Below are positions 44,581-54,012 of a stretch of 64,000 bases of DNA, in pieces (the first letter of the stretch is position 1; every line of letters begins with the position of its first letter). The stretch is from Actinomycetes bacterium. GTDB taxonomy: Bacteria; Actinomycetota; UBA4738; HRBIN12. Position numbers and translations under genes: made by a program. The notes beneath the pieces are model-generated. The model was not told the origin of the DNA. It did not search any database and saw only the letters and a program-made list of their open reading frames with translations. The stretch covers positions 61,855-125,854 of the forward strand of contig JAJNBA010000005.1 of NCBI GenBank assembly GCA_021155985.1. The letters are read 5' to 3'.

Positions 44581-44867
44581 GCGGGCGCGGCCTCCTGCTC
44601 CTCGTCCCGCGGGCGGTCCTGCGGCCGGTACGTCCGCCGGATCTCGTTCGTCGTCGTGTGCCGCTCCGCCAGGAACCACGCCCGACAGCCACTCTGGTGC
44701 ACCCACCACTCGGTCTGCCAACCGTTCACGTTCCGGCGGAAGTACAGGGCGGCGGCCAGTTCCCGGTCGGTCGCCGACGGGCTCGCGCGGCGGGTGGTCT
44801 CGCCGCCGAAGGAGAACTCGAGGGCCTCGCGCGGCCCGCAGTTCGGACACGTGATCAGGAAGGTCAC
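44577..44867 (-). CDS. soxD: Sarcosine oxidase delta subunit
   Basis: CPNCGPR..EF, WVHQSGC..W, RHTTTNEI. Confidence 0.9.
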   Translation of the reverse strand: MTFLITCPNCGPREALEFSFGGETTRRASPSATDRELAAALYFRRNVNGWQTEWWVHQSGCRAWFLAERHTTTNEIRRTYRPQDRPRDEEQEAAPA

Positions 44868-44920
44868 CCCGCTCCTCCGATCCCGGCCTCGTCCGAGCGC
44901 CGAGGACGCGCGTGAGACTA

Positions 44921-45222
44921 TCGCGTCGCCACCTGGGCATGTACAACAGCCACCAGCCTGCCATCGCGATCAGCGCCAGCGGGAACAGAGGCCGGTCGGT
45001 GAGCGTCGCAAGCAGCACGACACCGAGCCCGATCGCGCTCCCCAGCACCATCGCCTGGATCCGGAATCCGCGCATGTCGCGCATCACGCCTTCATATTCC
45101 TCGGCGGGGATCTGACTCGTGTCCCATCGACGTCCACACGAAGGGCACGTCCAGGTTTCGCCGTACGGGATCCGCTCTACGGCCGTGCAGTCGCACGTCA
45201 CGGTGATCGGTGGACCCTTCAC
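44921..45222 (-). CDS. Hypothetical Zn-ribbon + 2 TM protein, 3' end apparently deleted
   Basis: CDC...CPSC, two TMs, no stop of its own; reads through into the soxA frame. Confidence 0.55.
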
Positions 45223-45276
45223 GTCGCGGATGGTACACGCCCCTTCTCACATGCCGTTCGGCGCAACCCGCTCAGA

Positions 45277-45306
45277 TTGAACGCCTCGGTCACGTCGTGC
45301 TATACC
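45277..45306 (+). promoter_or_regulatory. Putative sigma70 promoter of the permease operon
   Basis: TTGAAC, 18 bp, extended TGn-TATACC. Confidence 0.4.
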
Positions 45307-45371
45307 GCCGCCAGCGGTTCCGGCGGCGCTCGGGGCCGGGAGGCCGAGCTTCCGGAAAGGGAGGGGGTCAA

Positions 45372-46895
45372 GTGGCTGAGGTCACGGCGCAGGCGACGAT
45401 CGAGGAACGCCAGCTCCTGAAGTCGCTCAACTGGTGGGACGGGTTCGTGATCGCCCTGTGCAATCCGGGGTTCCTGATCGCCTCCCTGGGCTTCACGCTG
45501 GCCACCGTGGGGGCGTTGGGCTCCGTGGTGCTGTGGGGTATCTCCGCGGTGGTGGGACTGCTGCAGAACTGGATCTACTCCGAGACCGCCGCGATGTTCC
45601 CCGACAAACCGGGCGGGATCGCGCTGTACGCACACGAGGGCTGGCGGAGGTACTTCAATCTCATCGGTCCGATCTCGGCATTCGGGTACTGGATCGGCTG
45701 GTCCGTCGTGCTGTCCATCTTCGGCAACCTGATCGGATCGCTCGTGGTGGCCGAGTGGCTCCCGAACTCGGTCGACACCGTGTTCTTCACCTCACCCTTC
45801 GACGTCGCGATCGGTCCCGCGAACCTGATCGGGATCGGGATCGTCGTCGCCGTCTGGCTCTTCAACATCTTCGGGGTCAAGCCCTCCCTCGCCGTCGGCT
45901 ACGTGACCGGCGTGCTCCTGATGATCCCGCTCGCGATCTTCATCGTGGTCCCCTACTTCACCGGGGACTGGCTGAGCTCGAACGTCACGTTCGAGGATGT
46001 CGCGTCGAACGGCGAGTTCAGCCTGTTCGGGATCTCGATGATGTGGTTGTTCATCATGTGCTGGTCCGCGTACGGGATCGAGGTGTCGGCGAGCTTCGCC
46101 CCGGAGTTCCACGACACGAAGCGTGACACGGCCCTGGCGCTCAGGTCGGCCGCCGCGTTCTCGCTGGCCGTGTACATCCTGCTCCCGTTGGGCCTCGGCG
46201 GCGTGGTAGGCACGGCGGGTGACTCGGGCGCGTACTACGTCGAGGCGTTCAAGTCGATCGTGGGGAACACGCTGGGCGGCCTCGCGATCGTGTCGCTGCT
46301 CGCGAGCCTGATCCTCTCGATGAACTCCGCGACGGCCGACGGCGGACGTGCCCTCTACGGGATCGCTCGCGACGACATGACGATCAAGTGGCTGTACCAC
46401 CTGAACAAGTACCACGTGCCCGCTCGCGGGATGACCGTGGATATGGTGGTGAACGTCGGGTTGATCCTGCTCCTGGGGGCGAGCAACCTCGCCATCCTGT
46501 ACATGTCGAACATCGGCTACGTGCTGGCGCACGTGTTCGCGCTCTCCGGGTTCCTGCTGCTACGGCGAGACCGCCCCGACTGGCCGAGGCCGATCAAGGT
46601 GAACCCGGTCTGGGTCGGGCTGGCGTGGCTCCTCGCCGCGTTCAATCTCATCCTGGTGCTCTTCGGCGTGACGCAGAGCGACCTGGCTGCGTTCGTCGGG
46701 TTCTACGAGTTCGCGGGCGCGCCCTTGTACATCGGATTGGGCGTCCTGATCCTGTCGGTCCTGCTGTTCTTCTACCGGCGGGTGGTCGAGGATCGGAAGC
46801 CCATCACGTTCCGGGATCTGGACGTTCCCACCATGCCCAACGAGGACCAGATGCGGATGCTCCGTGAGGAGGTTATGCCCGATCGACCCTCGTAA
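45372..46895 (+). CDS. APC-family amino acid/amine permease
   Basis: About 12 TMs, PDKPGGIALY, WSAYGIE; GGGAGG RBS before GTG. Confidence 0.9.
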   Translation: MAEVTAQATIEERQLLKSLNWWDGFVIALCNPGFLIASLGFTLATVGALGSVVLWGISAVVGLLQNWIYSETAAMFPDKPGGIALYAHEGWRRYFNLIGPISAFGYWIGWSVVLSIFGNLIGSLVVAEWLPNSVDTVFFTSPFDVAIGPANLIGIGIVVAVWLFNIFGVKPSLAVGYVTGVLLMIPLAIFIVVPYFTGDWLSSNVTFEDVASNGEFSLFGISMMWLFIMCWSAYGIEVSASFAPEFHDTKRDTALALRSAAAFSLAVYILLPLGLGGVVGTAGDSGAYYVEAFKSIVGNTLGGLAIVSLLASLILSMNSATADGGRALYGIARDDMTIKWLYHLNKYHVPARGMTVDMVVNVGLILLLGASNLAILYMSNIGYVLAHVFALSGFLLLRRDRPDWPRPIKVNPVWVGLAWLLAAFNLILVLFGVTQSDLAAFVGFYEFAGAPLYIGLGVLILSVLLFFYRRVVEDRKPITFRDLDVPTMPNEDQMRMLREEVMPDRPS

Positions 46896-46910
46896 CGATC
46901 CGTGATCCAC

Positions 46911-46944
46911 CGGAGGAGGGGGCGCTCAGCCGCCCCCTTCTTCG
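46911..46944 (+). terminator. GC-rich intergenic hairpin
   Basis: CGGAGGAGGGGGCG-ctcagc-CGCCCCCTTCTTCG; no long U tract. Confidence 0.5.
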
Positions 46945-47014
46945 TCCCCGGAGCCCGGCGTTGCCCGCTCCGCGAGCCGCGCTAGCATGAGGCGGTTCCC
47001 GTCAGGAGGTCGAG

Positions 47015-48418
47015 ATGACAGACAAGATGTGGGGTGGCGAGCCGTTCTGGGGCCTCGGATACGACTGGGATCCCGATTGGGTCTACACGGACAAGCAGAA
47101 GGAGCTGCGCGCCACCCTGATCGAGCTCTGCGAGAAGGAGCTCCGCGCCAACGCCAAGCGCTTCGACGACGAGCTGATGTTCCCCCGTCGCAACCTGGAG
47201 CTTCTCGGCGAGCACGGCTTCCTCGCGCTGACGGTGCCGGAGGGATACGGAGGCCTGGGCGAGAACCACGTCGCCTACTCGATGGTCTGCGAGACGATCG
47301 CGCGGTACGGCTGCGCGTCGACCGCGATGTGCTACGTGATGCACATGGGCGCGGTGAACGCGATCATGCTGCGCGCCACCCCCGAGCTGATCGACAAGTA
47401 CATCCGACCACTCAACTCCGGCAAGATCGGCACGCTCTCCTACTCCGACCCCGAGACGGGCTCGCACTTCTGGTACCCGATCTCCTCCGGCGCCGAGCGC
47501 TCGAACGGCGGCTTCAAGGTTCGGAAGAAGGCATCGTGGACCACGTCGGGGGGCTTCGCCGACTTCTACGTCGTGCAGACCACCAGCCCGGATTTCTCCG
47601 GCTACGACGACCTGTCGGTCTTCGTCGTCGACGGCGAGCACATCCAGGCGCAGCCGTCGCTGTGGGATGCGCTCGGGCTCCGGGGCAACCAGTCGGGGCC
47701 GATCGAGATCGACAACATCGAGATCCCGGCGGAGCAGCTCGTCGGCCCGACCGGCGACGGCGCGAACTCGAACGACGAGTCCGTGGACCCCTGGTTCCTG
47801 GTGGGCTCCGCGTCGGTGTGGAACGGCCTGGCCCTCGGAGCGATCGACATCGCGAAACGCCACACCACGCGCAAGAAGCACGTCGATGTCGGACTGCGGG
47901 TGGCGGACTACCCGACCATCCAGGACTACGTCGGCGAGGCGGTGATGGACACGAACGCCTCGCGGCTGTTCACGCTGTCCGTCGCCCAAGCGATGGACGG
48001 CGCCACGGAGAACAACACGGTGAACCCCGGCCCGGGTGAGCTGGCCCGTGGGAACTTCCTCCACTGGGCGTGGCAGATCAAGTTCGAGGCGGCGAAGAAC
48101 ACCGCGCACGTCGTCGACAAGATGCTCCACGCCTGCGGGGGCTCCGGCTACAAGCGCGACATGGAGCTCGAGCGCTACCTCCGGGACGCGAAGGCCGGCT
48201 GGGTGATGGGCCCGACGAACGAGGTGCTCCGCCAGTTCGTCGGCAAGGCCGTGCTGCTGGGTTTCGACTCCCTCGACTACTGGAACCAGTCCTACAATCG
48301 ACGGGCCGTGGAGAACGAGGTCAAGAAACTCGACGCCGCCGGCAAGCGGGAGCTCGCCGAGCAGCTGTTCAAGGAGGCCGACGAGCAGGCGTCGAAGGAA
48401 CCGGCGGCCAAGGGCTGA
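47015..48418 (+). CDS. Acyl-CoA dehydrogenase-fold flavoprotein, putative two-component N-monooxygenase
   Basis: YGGLG, SDPETGS, KASWTTSG, LGLRGNQS, CGGSGY..ERYLRDA; AGWVMGPTNE in place of IYEGTNE. Confidence 0.85.
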   Translation: MTDKMWGGEPFWGLGYDWDPDWVYTDKQKELRATLIELCEKELRANAKRFDDELMFPRRNLELLGEHGFLALTVPEGYGGLGENHVAYSMVCETIARYGCASTAMCYVMHMGAVNAIMLRATPELIDKYIRPLNSGKIGTLSYSDPETGSHFWYPISSGAERSNGGFKVRKKASWTTSGGFADFYVVQTTSPDFSGYDDLSVFVVDGEHIQAQPSLWDALGLRGNQSGPIEIDNIEIPAEQLVGPTGDGANSNDESVDPWFLVGSASVWNGLALGAIDIAKRHTTRKKHVDVGLRVADYPTIQDYVGEAVMDTNASRLFTLSVAQAMDGATENNTVNPGPGELARGNFLHWAWQIKFEAAKNTAHVVDKMLHACGGSGYKRDMELERYLRDAKAGWVMGPTNEVLRQFVGKAVLLGFDSLDYWNQSYNRRAVENEVKKLDAAGKRELAEQLFKEADEQASKEPAAKG

Positions 48419-48423
48419 GGCCG

Positions 48424-50763
48424 ATGGCGATCTCGTCCGGCCGCCGCAGCCTGACCGTCCCCGGCCTGCTGCCCGAGGACCCGTACCTGGAGCGGTACTG
48501 GGTGCGGCCGGGAGGTGCCACGGTGCTCGCTCTCGAGGGCGACGACCGGCTGACGATCCGAGATCCCGACGGCGGCCAGGCCGCCGAGGTCACGGCGCTC
48601 GCGCCGGACGGATCGGAGGACGCCGCCGCTCTCGGCGCGCGAGCCGACGCCCCCGCGACGGTGCTCCGCTCGCTGATCGGGTCCGGGGCCGACGGCGCGC
48701 GAGACGTGATCGACGCCCTGGCCGGCCACGGACTGGATCCCACGCATGCGACCGCCGTCCGGCTGTTCGGGCAGTGGTCGCCGGCCGGCTCGGTCCACTC
48801 GTTCACGGCCGAGCGGCCCGTAGTCGTGGTGATCGCGGCGCCCGAGGGCGCGTCCGTGCTCGAGGGGGGGGTACCGGCATCGGATCTCGATGTGGAGGTG
48901 CGCCGGACGCGCCCTCGGACCCACGACCAGCTCGAGCTTCCTCCCCCGCTCGCGGAACCCCGCCTGGACTTCCGGGTCGACCGGGCCACGGCGCTGTCCT
49001 ACGAGGTGAAGGCCGGGGAGTACATCCAGATCATCGACCTCCAGGGGAAGCAGTGCTCGGACTTCCTCGCGTTCCATCGACGGAAGCTCGAGGACGGGAT
49101 CGAGCGTGGGTTCGACCCGACGATCACCCGCACGCTGATGGGCAACGCGTTCCCCCAGCCGGGGCTGTACTCGAAGTTCTACGACCTCGACATGGACGTT
49201 CTGGTCGAGGTGATCCGGGACACGGTGGGACGGCACGACTCGTTCCTGCTGGCCTGCACGTCCCGGTACTACGAGAGCCTCGGGTACTTCGGCCACACGA
49301 ACTGCACCGACAACTTCAACGGACAGCTCGAGACGTACGCGATCGCGCCGCGGAAGGGTTGGCAGGCGCTCAACTTCTTCTACAACACGATGTTCGCGAC
49401 CGATCACCTCCTCGTCTTCGACGAGCCGTGGTCCCGGCCGGGCGACTACGTCTTGCTGCGTGCCGCCACGGACCTGGTCTGCGCCTCGAGCGCATGCCCC
49501 GACGACGTGGACCCGGCGAACGGATGGGACCCGACCGAGGTGCACGTGCGTGTCTACTCCCCGGAGCACACGTTCTCAGCCGCGATCGCGCACCGGGTGA
49601 CGCCCGACGCCGAACCGACCCTCACGACCGAGACCGGCTTCCACCCTCGGATCTCGGCACTCACGAGCCGGACCACGGAGTACAACGGCTACTGGCTGCC
49701 GACGAGCTTCGACAACCACGGGGCGACGGACGAGTACTGGGCATGCCGGGAGCGTGCCGCGATCATGGACCTCTCGCCGCTCCGGAAGTTCGAGGTGCTG
49801 GGACCGGACGCCGAGGCGTTGCTGCAGGCCACCGTGACGCGCGACGTCCGACGGCTCTCGGACGGCCACGTCGTCTACACGGCGATGTGCAACGAGGACG
49901 GCGGGATGATCGACGACGCGACGATCTTCCGGATCGCAGACACGAACTTCCGGTTCGTCGGCGGGGGCGAGTACGACGGCGTGTGGCTCAGGGAACAGGC
50001 GTCGCGGCTCGGCCTCAACGCCTTCGTGAAAGAATCCACCGACCACCTCCACAACGTGGCGGTCCAAGGTCCGGCGAGCCGGGCGCTCCTCGAGGAGATC
50101 GTCTGGACGCCCCCCGCGCAGACGCCGTTCGGCGCGCTCGAGTGGTTCCGGTTCTCCGTGGGCCGGGTCGGCGGTCCGACCGGCGTCCCCGCCGTGATCT
50201 CGCGGACCGGGTACACGGGTGAGCTCGGCTACGAGATCTTCTGCCACCCGAAGGACGCGCCGACGGTGTGGGACTCGATCTGGGCCGCCGGAGAGCCGCA
50301 CGGCCTCCTGCCGCTGGGCCTGGACGCGCTCGACATCCTCCGGATCGAGGCCGGGCTGATCTTCGCCGGATACGAGTTCGACGATCAGGTCGATCCGTTC
50401 GAGGCGGGCATCGGTTTCACGGTCACGAAGGCCAAGGACGAGGACTACGTCGGGCGCGAGGCGCTCCGCGAGCGTCGCGACCATCCGCAGCGGACCCTGG
50501 TCGGCCTCGACCTTGCGGGGAACGAGCCGGCCGGGCACGGCGACGGCGTGTACGTCGATCGTCAGCAGGTGGGAGTGGTCACCAGCGGAACCCGCTCGCC
50601 GATCCTGAAGAAGAACATCGCGCTCGCCCGTGTCGCGGTGCAGCACCGTGACCCTGGCGCCGCCCTCGAGGTGGGCAAGCTCGACGGGCACCAGAAGCGG
50701 ATCCCGGCGACGGTCGTACCGTTCCCCTTCTACGACCCCGAGAAGACGCGGCCTCGTTCCTGA
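48424..50763 (+). CDS. tdm: Trimethylamine N-oxide demethylase (DUF1989 + GcvT aminomethyltransferase)
   Basis: QCSD, HDSFLLAC, GHTNC, SSACPDD metal-ligand pattern; DLSPLRKFEV, RTGYTGELGYE, PFYDPEK. Confidence 0.85.
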   Translation: MAISSGRRSLTVPGLLPEDPYLERYWVRPGGATVLALEGDDRLTIRDPDGGQAAEVTALAPDGSEDAAALGARADAPATVLRSLIGSGADGARDVIDALAGHGLDPTHATAVRLFGQWSPAGSVHSFTAERPVVVVIAAPEGASVLEGGVPASDLDVEVRRTRPRTHDQLELPPPLAEPRLDFRVDRATALSYEVKAGEYIQIIDLQGKQCSDFLAFHRRKLEDGIERGFDPTITRTLMGNAFPQPGLYSKFYDLDMDVLVEVIRDTVGRHDSFLLACTSRYYESLGYFGHTNCTDNFNGQLETYAIAPRKGWQALNFFYNTMFATDHLLVFDEPWSRPGDYVLLRAATDLVCASSACPDDVDPANGWDPTEVHVRVYSPEHTFSAAIAHRVTPDAEPTLTTETGFHPRISALTSRTTEYNGYWLPTSFDNHGATDEYWACRERAAIMDLSPLRKFEVLGPDAEALLQATVTRDVRRLSDGHVVYTAMCNEDGGMIDDATIFRIADTNFRFVGGGEYDGVWLREQASRLGLNAFVKESTDHLHNVAVQGPASRALLEEIVWTPPAQTPFGALEWFRFSVGRVGGPTGVPAVISRTGYTGELGYEIFCHPKDAPTVWDSIWAAGEPHGLLPLGLDALDILRIEAGLIFAGYEFDDQVDPFEAGIGFTVTKAKDEDYVGREALRERRDHPQRTLVGLDLAGNEPAGHGDGVYVDRQQVGVVTSGTRSPILKKNIALARVAVQHRDPGAALEVGKLDGHQKRIPATVVPFPFYDPEKTRPRS

Positions 50764-50765
50764 CG

Positions 50766-51644
50766 ATGGGCGGCCTGATCGAGTCCTTCACGCAGGAGCA
50801 GGTCGAGGCGTTCCACCAGGACGGCTTCCTGATCGTCGAGGAAGGGCTGGTCTCCGAGAAGGCTCTCGAACTCCTCGAGGAACGCTACCTCCGCCTCTTC
50901 GACGGCGAGTACGAGACCGGGATCAAGCCGGACGAGGTCAATTGGGTCAAGGGCAGGGATCCCGAGGATCGCACCCGGCAGCTCTGCAACGCCTGGCGCG
51001 CCGACACCGTGATCGCGGCCCAGGTCCTGTCGGCGAGGATCGGCCGCCTCGCGGCCCAGCTGATGGGCTATCCGGGCGTGCGGATCCTCCAGGACAACGT
51101 GCTCTGGAAGCCGCCCGGCACCAAGGCGATCGGCTTCCACCAGGACGGATCCTACGCCGACTACCTGGTACCCCCGGAGATGGTGACGTGCTGGATGTCG
51201 CTGCACGAGACCCAGGCGGACGCCGGGCCGATCGCCTACGTGCGTGGGTCGAACCACTGGCCGTGGACACCGCCGGAGCGGTCGCAGTTCCATGCGCCCG
51301 ATGACTGGCTCGCCGGCGTCCGGGACGCGAAGCCCGCGGACGCGGAGATGGACATCATGCCGGTCGTCGTGAAACCGGGCGGCGGCGCGTTCCACCACAA
51401 CCTCACGTGGCACGGCTCCGAGCCGAACACGAGCGGCACCGTTGCGCGGATGGCCTTGGTCTCCCACATGCTCCCTACCACCGCGCGGTTCCACCACCGC
51501 AACGTCGACCTGATCTACTCGCGCTATCGGCGCCGGGGCGACACCGCGATGGACGAGTCGTTCTTCCCCGTGCTCTGGGACGAGACGGGCCATCGGACGA
51601 CATGGCTCGAGGAGCTCCCCGAGATCGAGGAAGCGATCGAGTAG
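50766..51644 (+). CDS. PhyH-family Fe(II)/2-oxoglutarate dioxygenase
   Basis: FHQDGF start, HQD...WHGS..N..R facial triad and 2OG Arg. Confidence 0.88.
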   Translation: MGGLIESFTQEQVEAFHQDGFLIVEEGLVSEKALELLEERYLRLFDGEYETGIKPDEVNWVKGRDPEDRTRQLCNAWRADTVIAAQVLSARIGRLAAQLMGYPGVRILQDNVLWKPPGTKAIGFHQDGSYADYLVPPEMVTCWMSLHETQADAGPIAYVRGSNHWPWTPPERSQFHAPDDWLAGVRDAKPADAEMDIMPVVVKPGGGAFHHNLTWHGSEPNTSGTVARMALVSHMLPTTARFHHRNVDLIYSRYRRRGDTAMDESFFPVLWDETGHRTTWLEELPEIEEAIE

Positions 51645-51658
51645 CGAGGAGGGACGAG

Positions 51659-52639
51659 TCAGTCGTCCCGGAGCCGTCCGGCGAGCACCTCCAGCATCGC
51701 CCACGCCGCTCGAGGCTCGCGCTCGACCGTGCTCCGCACGAGGTCGCGCGAGATCGCGAGGGCCCGCAACGGCGACACCGCCACGACGTCGGCACTCCGC
51801 GGTCGCCCGTCGATCACCGCGATCTCCCCGAAGAACTCGCCCTCCCCGAAGGTCGACAGCGCGTTCCCCTCCCGTTCCACGCGAGCTTCGCCTTCGATGA
51901 TCACGAAGAGCTCATCTCCCGGTTCGCCCTCCCGCACGACGAACTCCCCCGGCTCGAACGTTCGCTCGACCCCCTCCGCCGTGATCACGGCCAGGATCTC
52001 CGGGGGGAGCGACGAGAACACGGGGGCGCGCTCGAGGAGGTGCCGGTACCGCCCGCCCTGGAACAGCAGAGGCCGTCCTTCCCCGTACCTCGCGTACTCG
52101 ACCTGTCCCACGAACAAGGAGTGATCGCCACCCCAGTTAGACCGCACCACCTTGGCCACCAGATGGGCGAGCGCCCCGCGCACGAGGGGCGTGTCATGGA
52201 CCAGGTCGAATCCGACCTCTTCCGTCCCCTCGGTCGCGCGGCCCGCGAAGCGATCGGAGAGGGACCGCTGCTCATCCGCGAGCACGCTGATCCCGTACCG
52301 GCGACCCTCGTGGAGGAGAGCGTGCATCTTCGCCCGGCGGTCCACCGAGATCACCACGAGCGGCGGCCGGAGCGACACCGACATGAAGGCGTTCGCCGTC
52401 ATGCCGTGCACCTGCTCACCGTCTTGCGTGGTGATCACGGTCACTCCGGTCGCGAACATCCCCAGCGTGCGGCGGAAGGCGGCCGCCGGGTCCTGTCCCG
52501 GCTCGCCCGCGATCTCGAGCTCGTCGGCGTCCGGGGTGTCATCCGGGAACGTCTCCCCGATCCCCACCGGGGCGAACCCACCGTGGACCGGCAGGTCGAA
52601 CTCGACCGGACGCGCCGAGGAGGCGGGGCGCTCGGCCAC
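51659..52639 (-). CDS. Flavin reductase (HpaC/DIM6-type) fused to cNMP-binding domain
   Basis: FATGVTVIT, GMTANAFMSVSL.PPLV, GGDHSLFVG; FFGEIAV..PRSADV. Confidence 0.9.
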   Translation of the reverse strand: MAERPASSARPVEFDLPVHGGFAPVGIGETFPDDTPDADELEIAGEPGQDPAAAFRRTLGMFATGVTVITTQDGEQVHGMTANAFMSVSLRPPLVVISVDRRAKMHALLHEGRRYGISVLADEQRSLSDRFAGRATEGTEEVGFDLVHDTPLVRGALAHLVAKVVRSNWGGDHSLFVGQVEYARYGEGRPLLFQGGRYRHLLERAPVFSSLPPEILAVITAEGVERTFEPGEFVVREGEPGDELFVIIEGEARVEREGNALSTFGEGEFFGEIAVIDGRPRSADVVAVSPLRALAISRDLVRSTVEREPRAAWAMLEVLAGRLRDD

Positions 52640-52641
52640 GC

Positions 52642-53988
52642 CTAGCTCCAGGGGTACGGAGAGTGACTGACGGGGTGCAGCTTCCCTTCGGCGAAGCGGG
52701 AGAAACGGAACGGCTCGAGGAGACCCTGCGGCTCGCCGAGGAGCTCCTTCGCGACGAGCTGCCCGATCCCGATCATCTTGTAGCCGTGGTTCGAATCGGC
52801 GACCACGTAGGCGTTGTCCACGAAGCGGTCGAAGACGGGGAAGCTGTCGGGCGTGAACGCGCCGATCCCCCCGGTGGGCGCCTTCCGGTACAGCCCGCGC
52901 TTCCCCTCGAACCGCTTGTGACAGTGCGCGAGCGCCGCCGTCCACATACGTTCGAACTCCGGCGTCACGACGAACTCCGTGCTCAGGTGGCCGTAGGGAT
53001 CGACGGCCACGTCGTCGGCGGGCTGGTCCACGACCCACGGCATCGCGCCGCCCTGGACGCCACCGAAGTTGACGTCGGGCTTGTAGTAGATGCCCCAGAG
53101 CTCCTCGGTCACGATGGAGCCGTCCATGTCGTCGATCAGCGGCGCGTCCGTGTCCACGTGCACGACCGGCGGCATGTTGCCCTCGTTGTCCAGCAGGTAG
53201 CTCGGGTCGACGCCGAGCGTGCCCTCCTGGAGGCACCAGTACGTCCACATCGGCCGCTCGTAGACGTTCCCGTCGCGCCCCTTCACGTCCACCACGCCGG
53301 GCAGGTCGAGCATGCGCCAGAAGTCGCGGACCCAGGGGCCGGCCGCGACCACGACCTGCTCGCAGGCGATCGCGCCTCGGTCCGTCTCGACCGCGGCGAC
53401 CGCTCCCCCGCCGACCCGGAACCCGGTCACCGACACCGGTGCGTGGAGGATGACACCGAGCCCCTCGCTCTTGGCGCGCAGGCCCCGCATCGAGGGCATG
53501 TTCTCCGCGTAGCCACCCTTCTTCTCGTGCAGGACCGCCGTGATCTTCTTCGCCTGCCAGTCCGAGAAGATCGACTCCATGTACGAGCGGCAATCGTCCT
53601 CGCCCTCGATCAGCTCCGACGTGTAGCCGATGGCCTGCTGCTGCTCGTAGATCGTCCGGACGTCGGACCGCATCACCTCTGGCGCGATCTGGAGGTAGCC
53701 GATCGGGTGGTAGTGGAAGGCTTCCGGGTCCGATTCCCAGACCTGCACCGAGTGGGCCATCAGCTCCCGCATCGCCGGCTGGAAGTAGTTGTTACGGATC
53801 ACACCGCACGCGATCCCGGACGGTCCCGCCCCGATCCCGGTCTTGTCGAGGATCACGATGTCGCCCCCGTCACCCTCGCCGCGGCGTTCGAGCTCCTTCG
53901 CGAGATGCCAGGCCGTGGAGAGGCCGTGGATGCCGGCACCGATCACGACGAACCGCGCGCTCCCGGGGAGCTCCACCGTGCGGACCAC
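52642..53988 (-). CDS. mgdA: FAD-dependent oxidoreductase, N-methylglutamate dehydrogenase subunit A-like
   Basis: GAGIHGLSTAWHLA, SGIACGVIRNNYFQPAMRELMAHSV, FTPDSFP, DSNHGYKMIG, SPYPWS. Confidence 0.8.
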   Translation of the reverse strand: MVRTVELPGSARFVVIGAGIHGLSTAWHLAKELERRGEGDGGDIVILDKTGIGAGPSGIACGVIRNNYFQPAMRELMAHSVQVWESDPEAFHYHPIGYLQIAPEVMRSDVRTIYEQQQAIGYTSELIEGEDDCRSYMESIFSDWQAKKITAVLHEKKGGYAENMPSMRGLRAKSEGLGVILHAPVSVTGFRVGGGAVAAVETDRGAIACEQVVVAAGPWVRDFWRMLDLPGVVDVKGRDGNVYERPMWTYWCLQEGTLGVDPSYLLDNEGNMPPVVHVDTDAPLIDDMDGSIVTEELWGIYYKPDVNFGGVQGGAMPWVVDQPADDVAVDPYGHLSTEFVVTPEFERMWTAALAHCHKRFEGKRGLYRKAPTGGIGAFTPDSFPVFDRFVDNAYVVADSNHGYKMIGIGQLVAKELLGEPQGLLEPFRFSRFAEGKLHPVSHSPYPWS

Positions 53989-54012
53989 CTTTCGTGTCGG
54001 ATCGGGCCGATT

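Noticed and set aside
41770..45222. 1150-aa ORF suggesting a membrane Zn-ribbon-SoxA fusion
   Set aside because: It spans an intact soxD in another frame and soxA has its own GTGA-coupled start; better explained by a lost stop near 44922.
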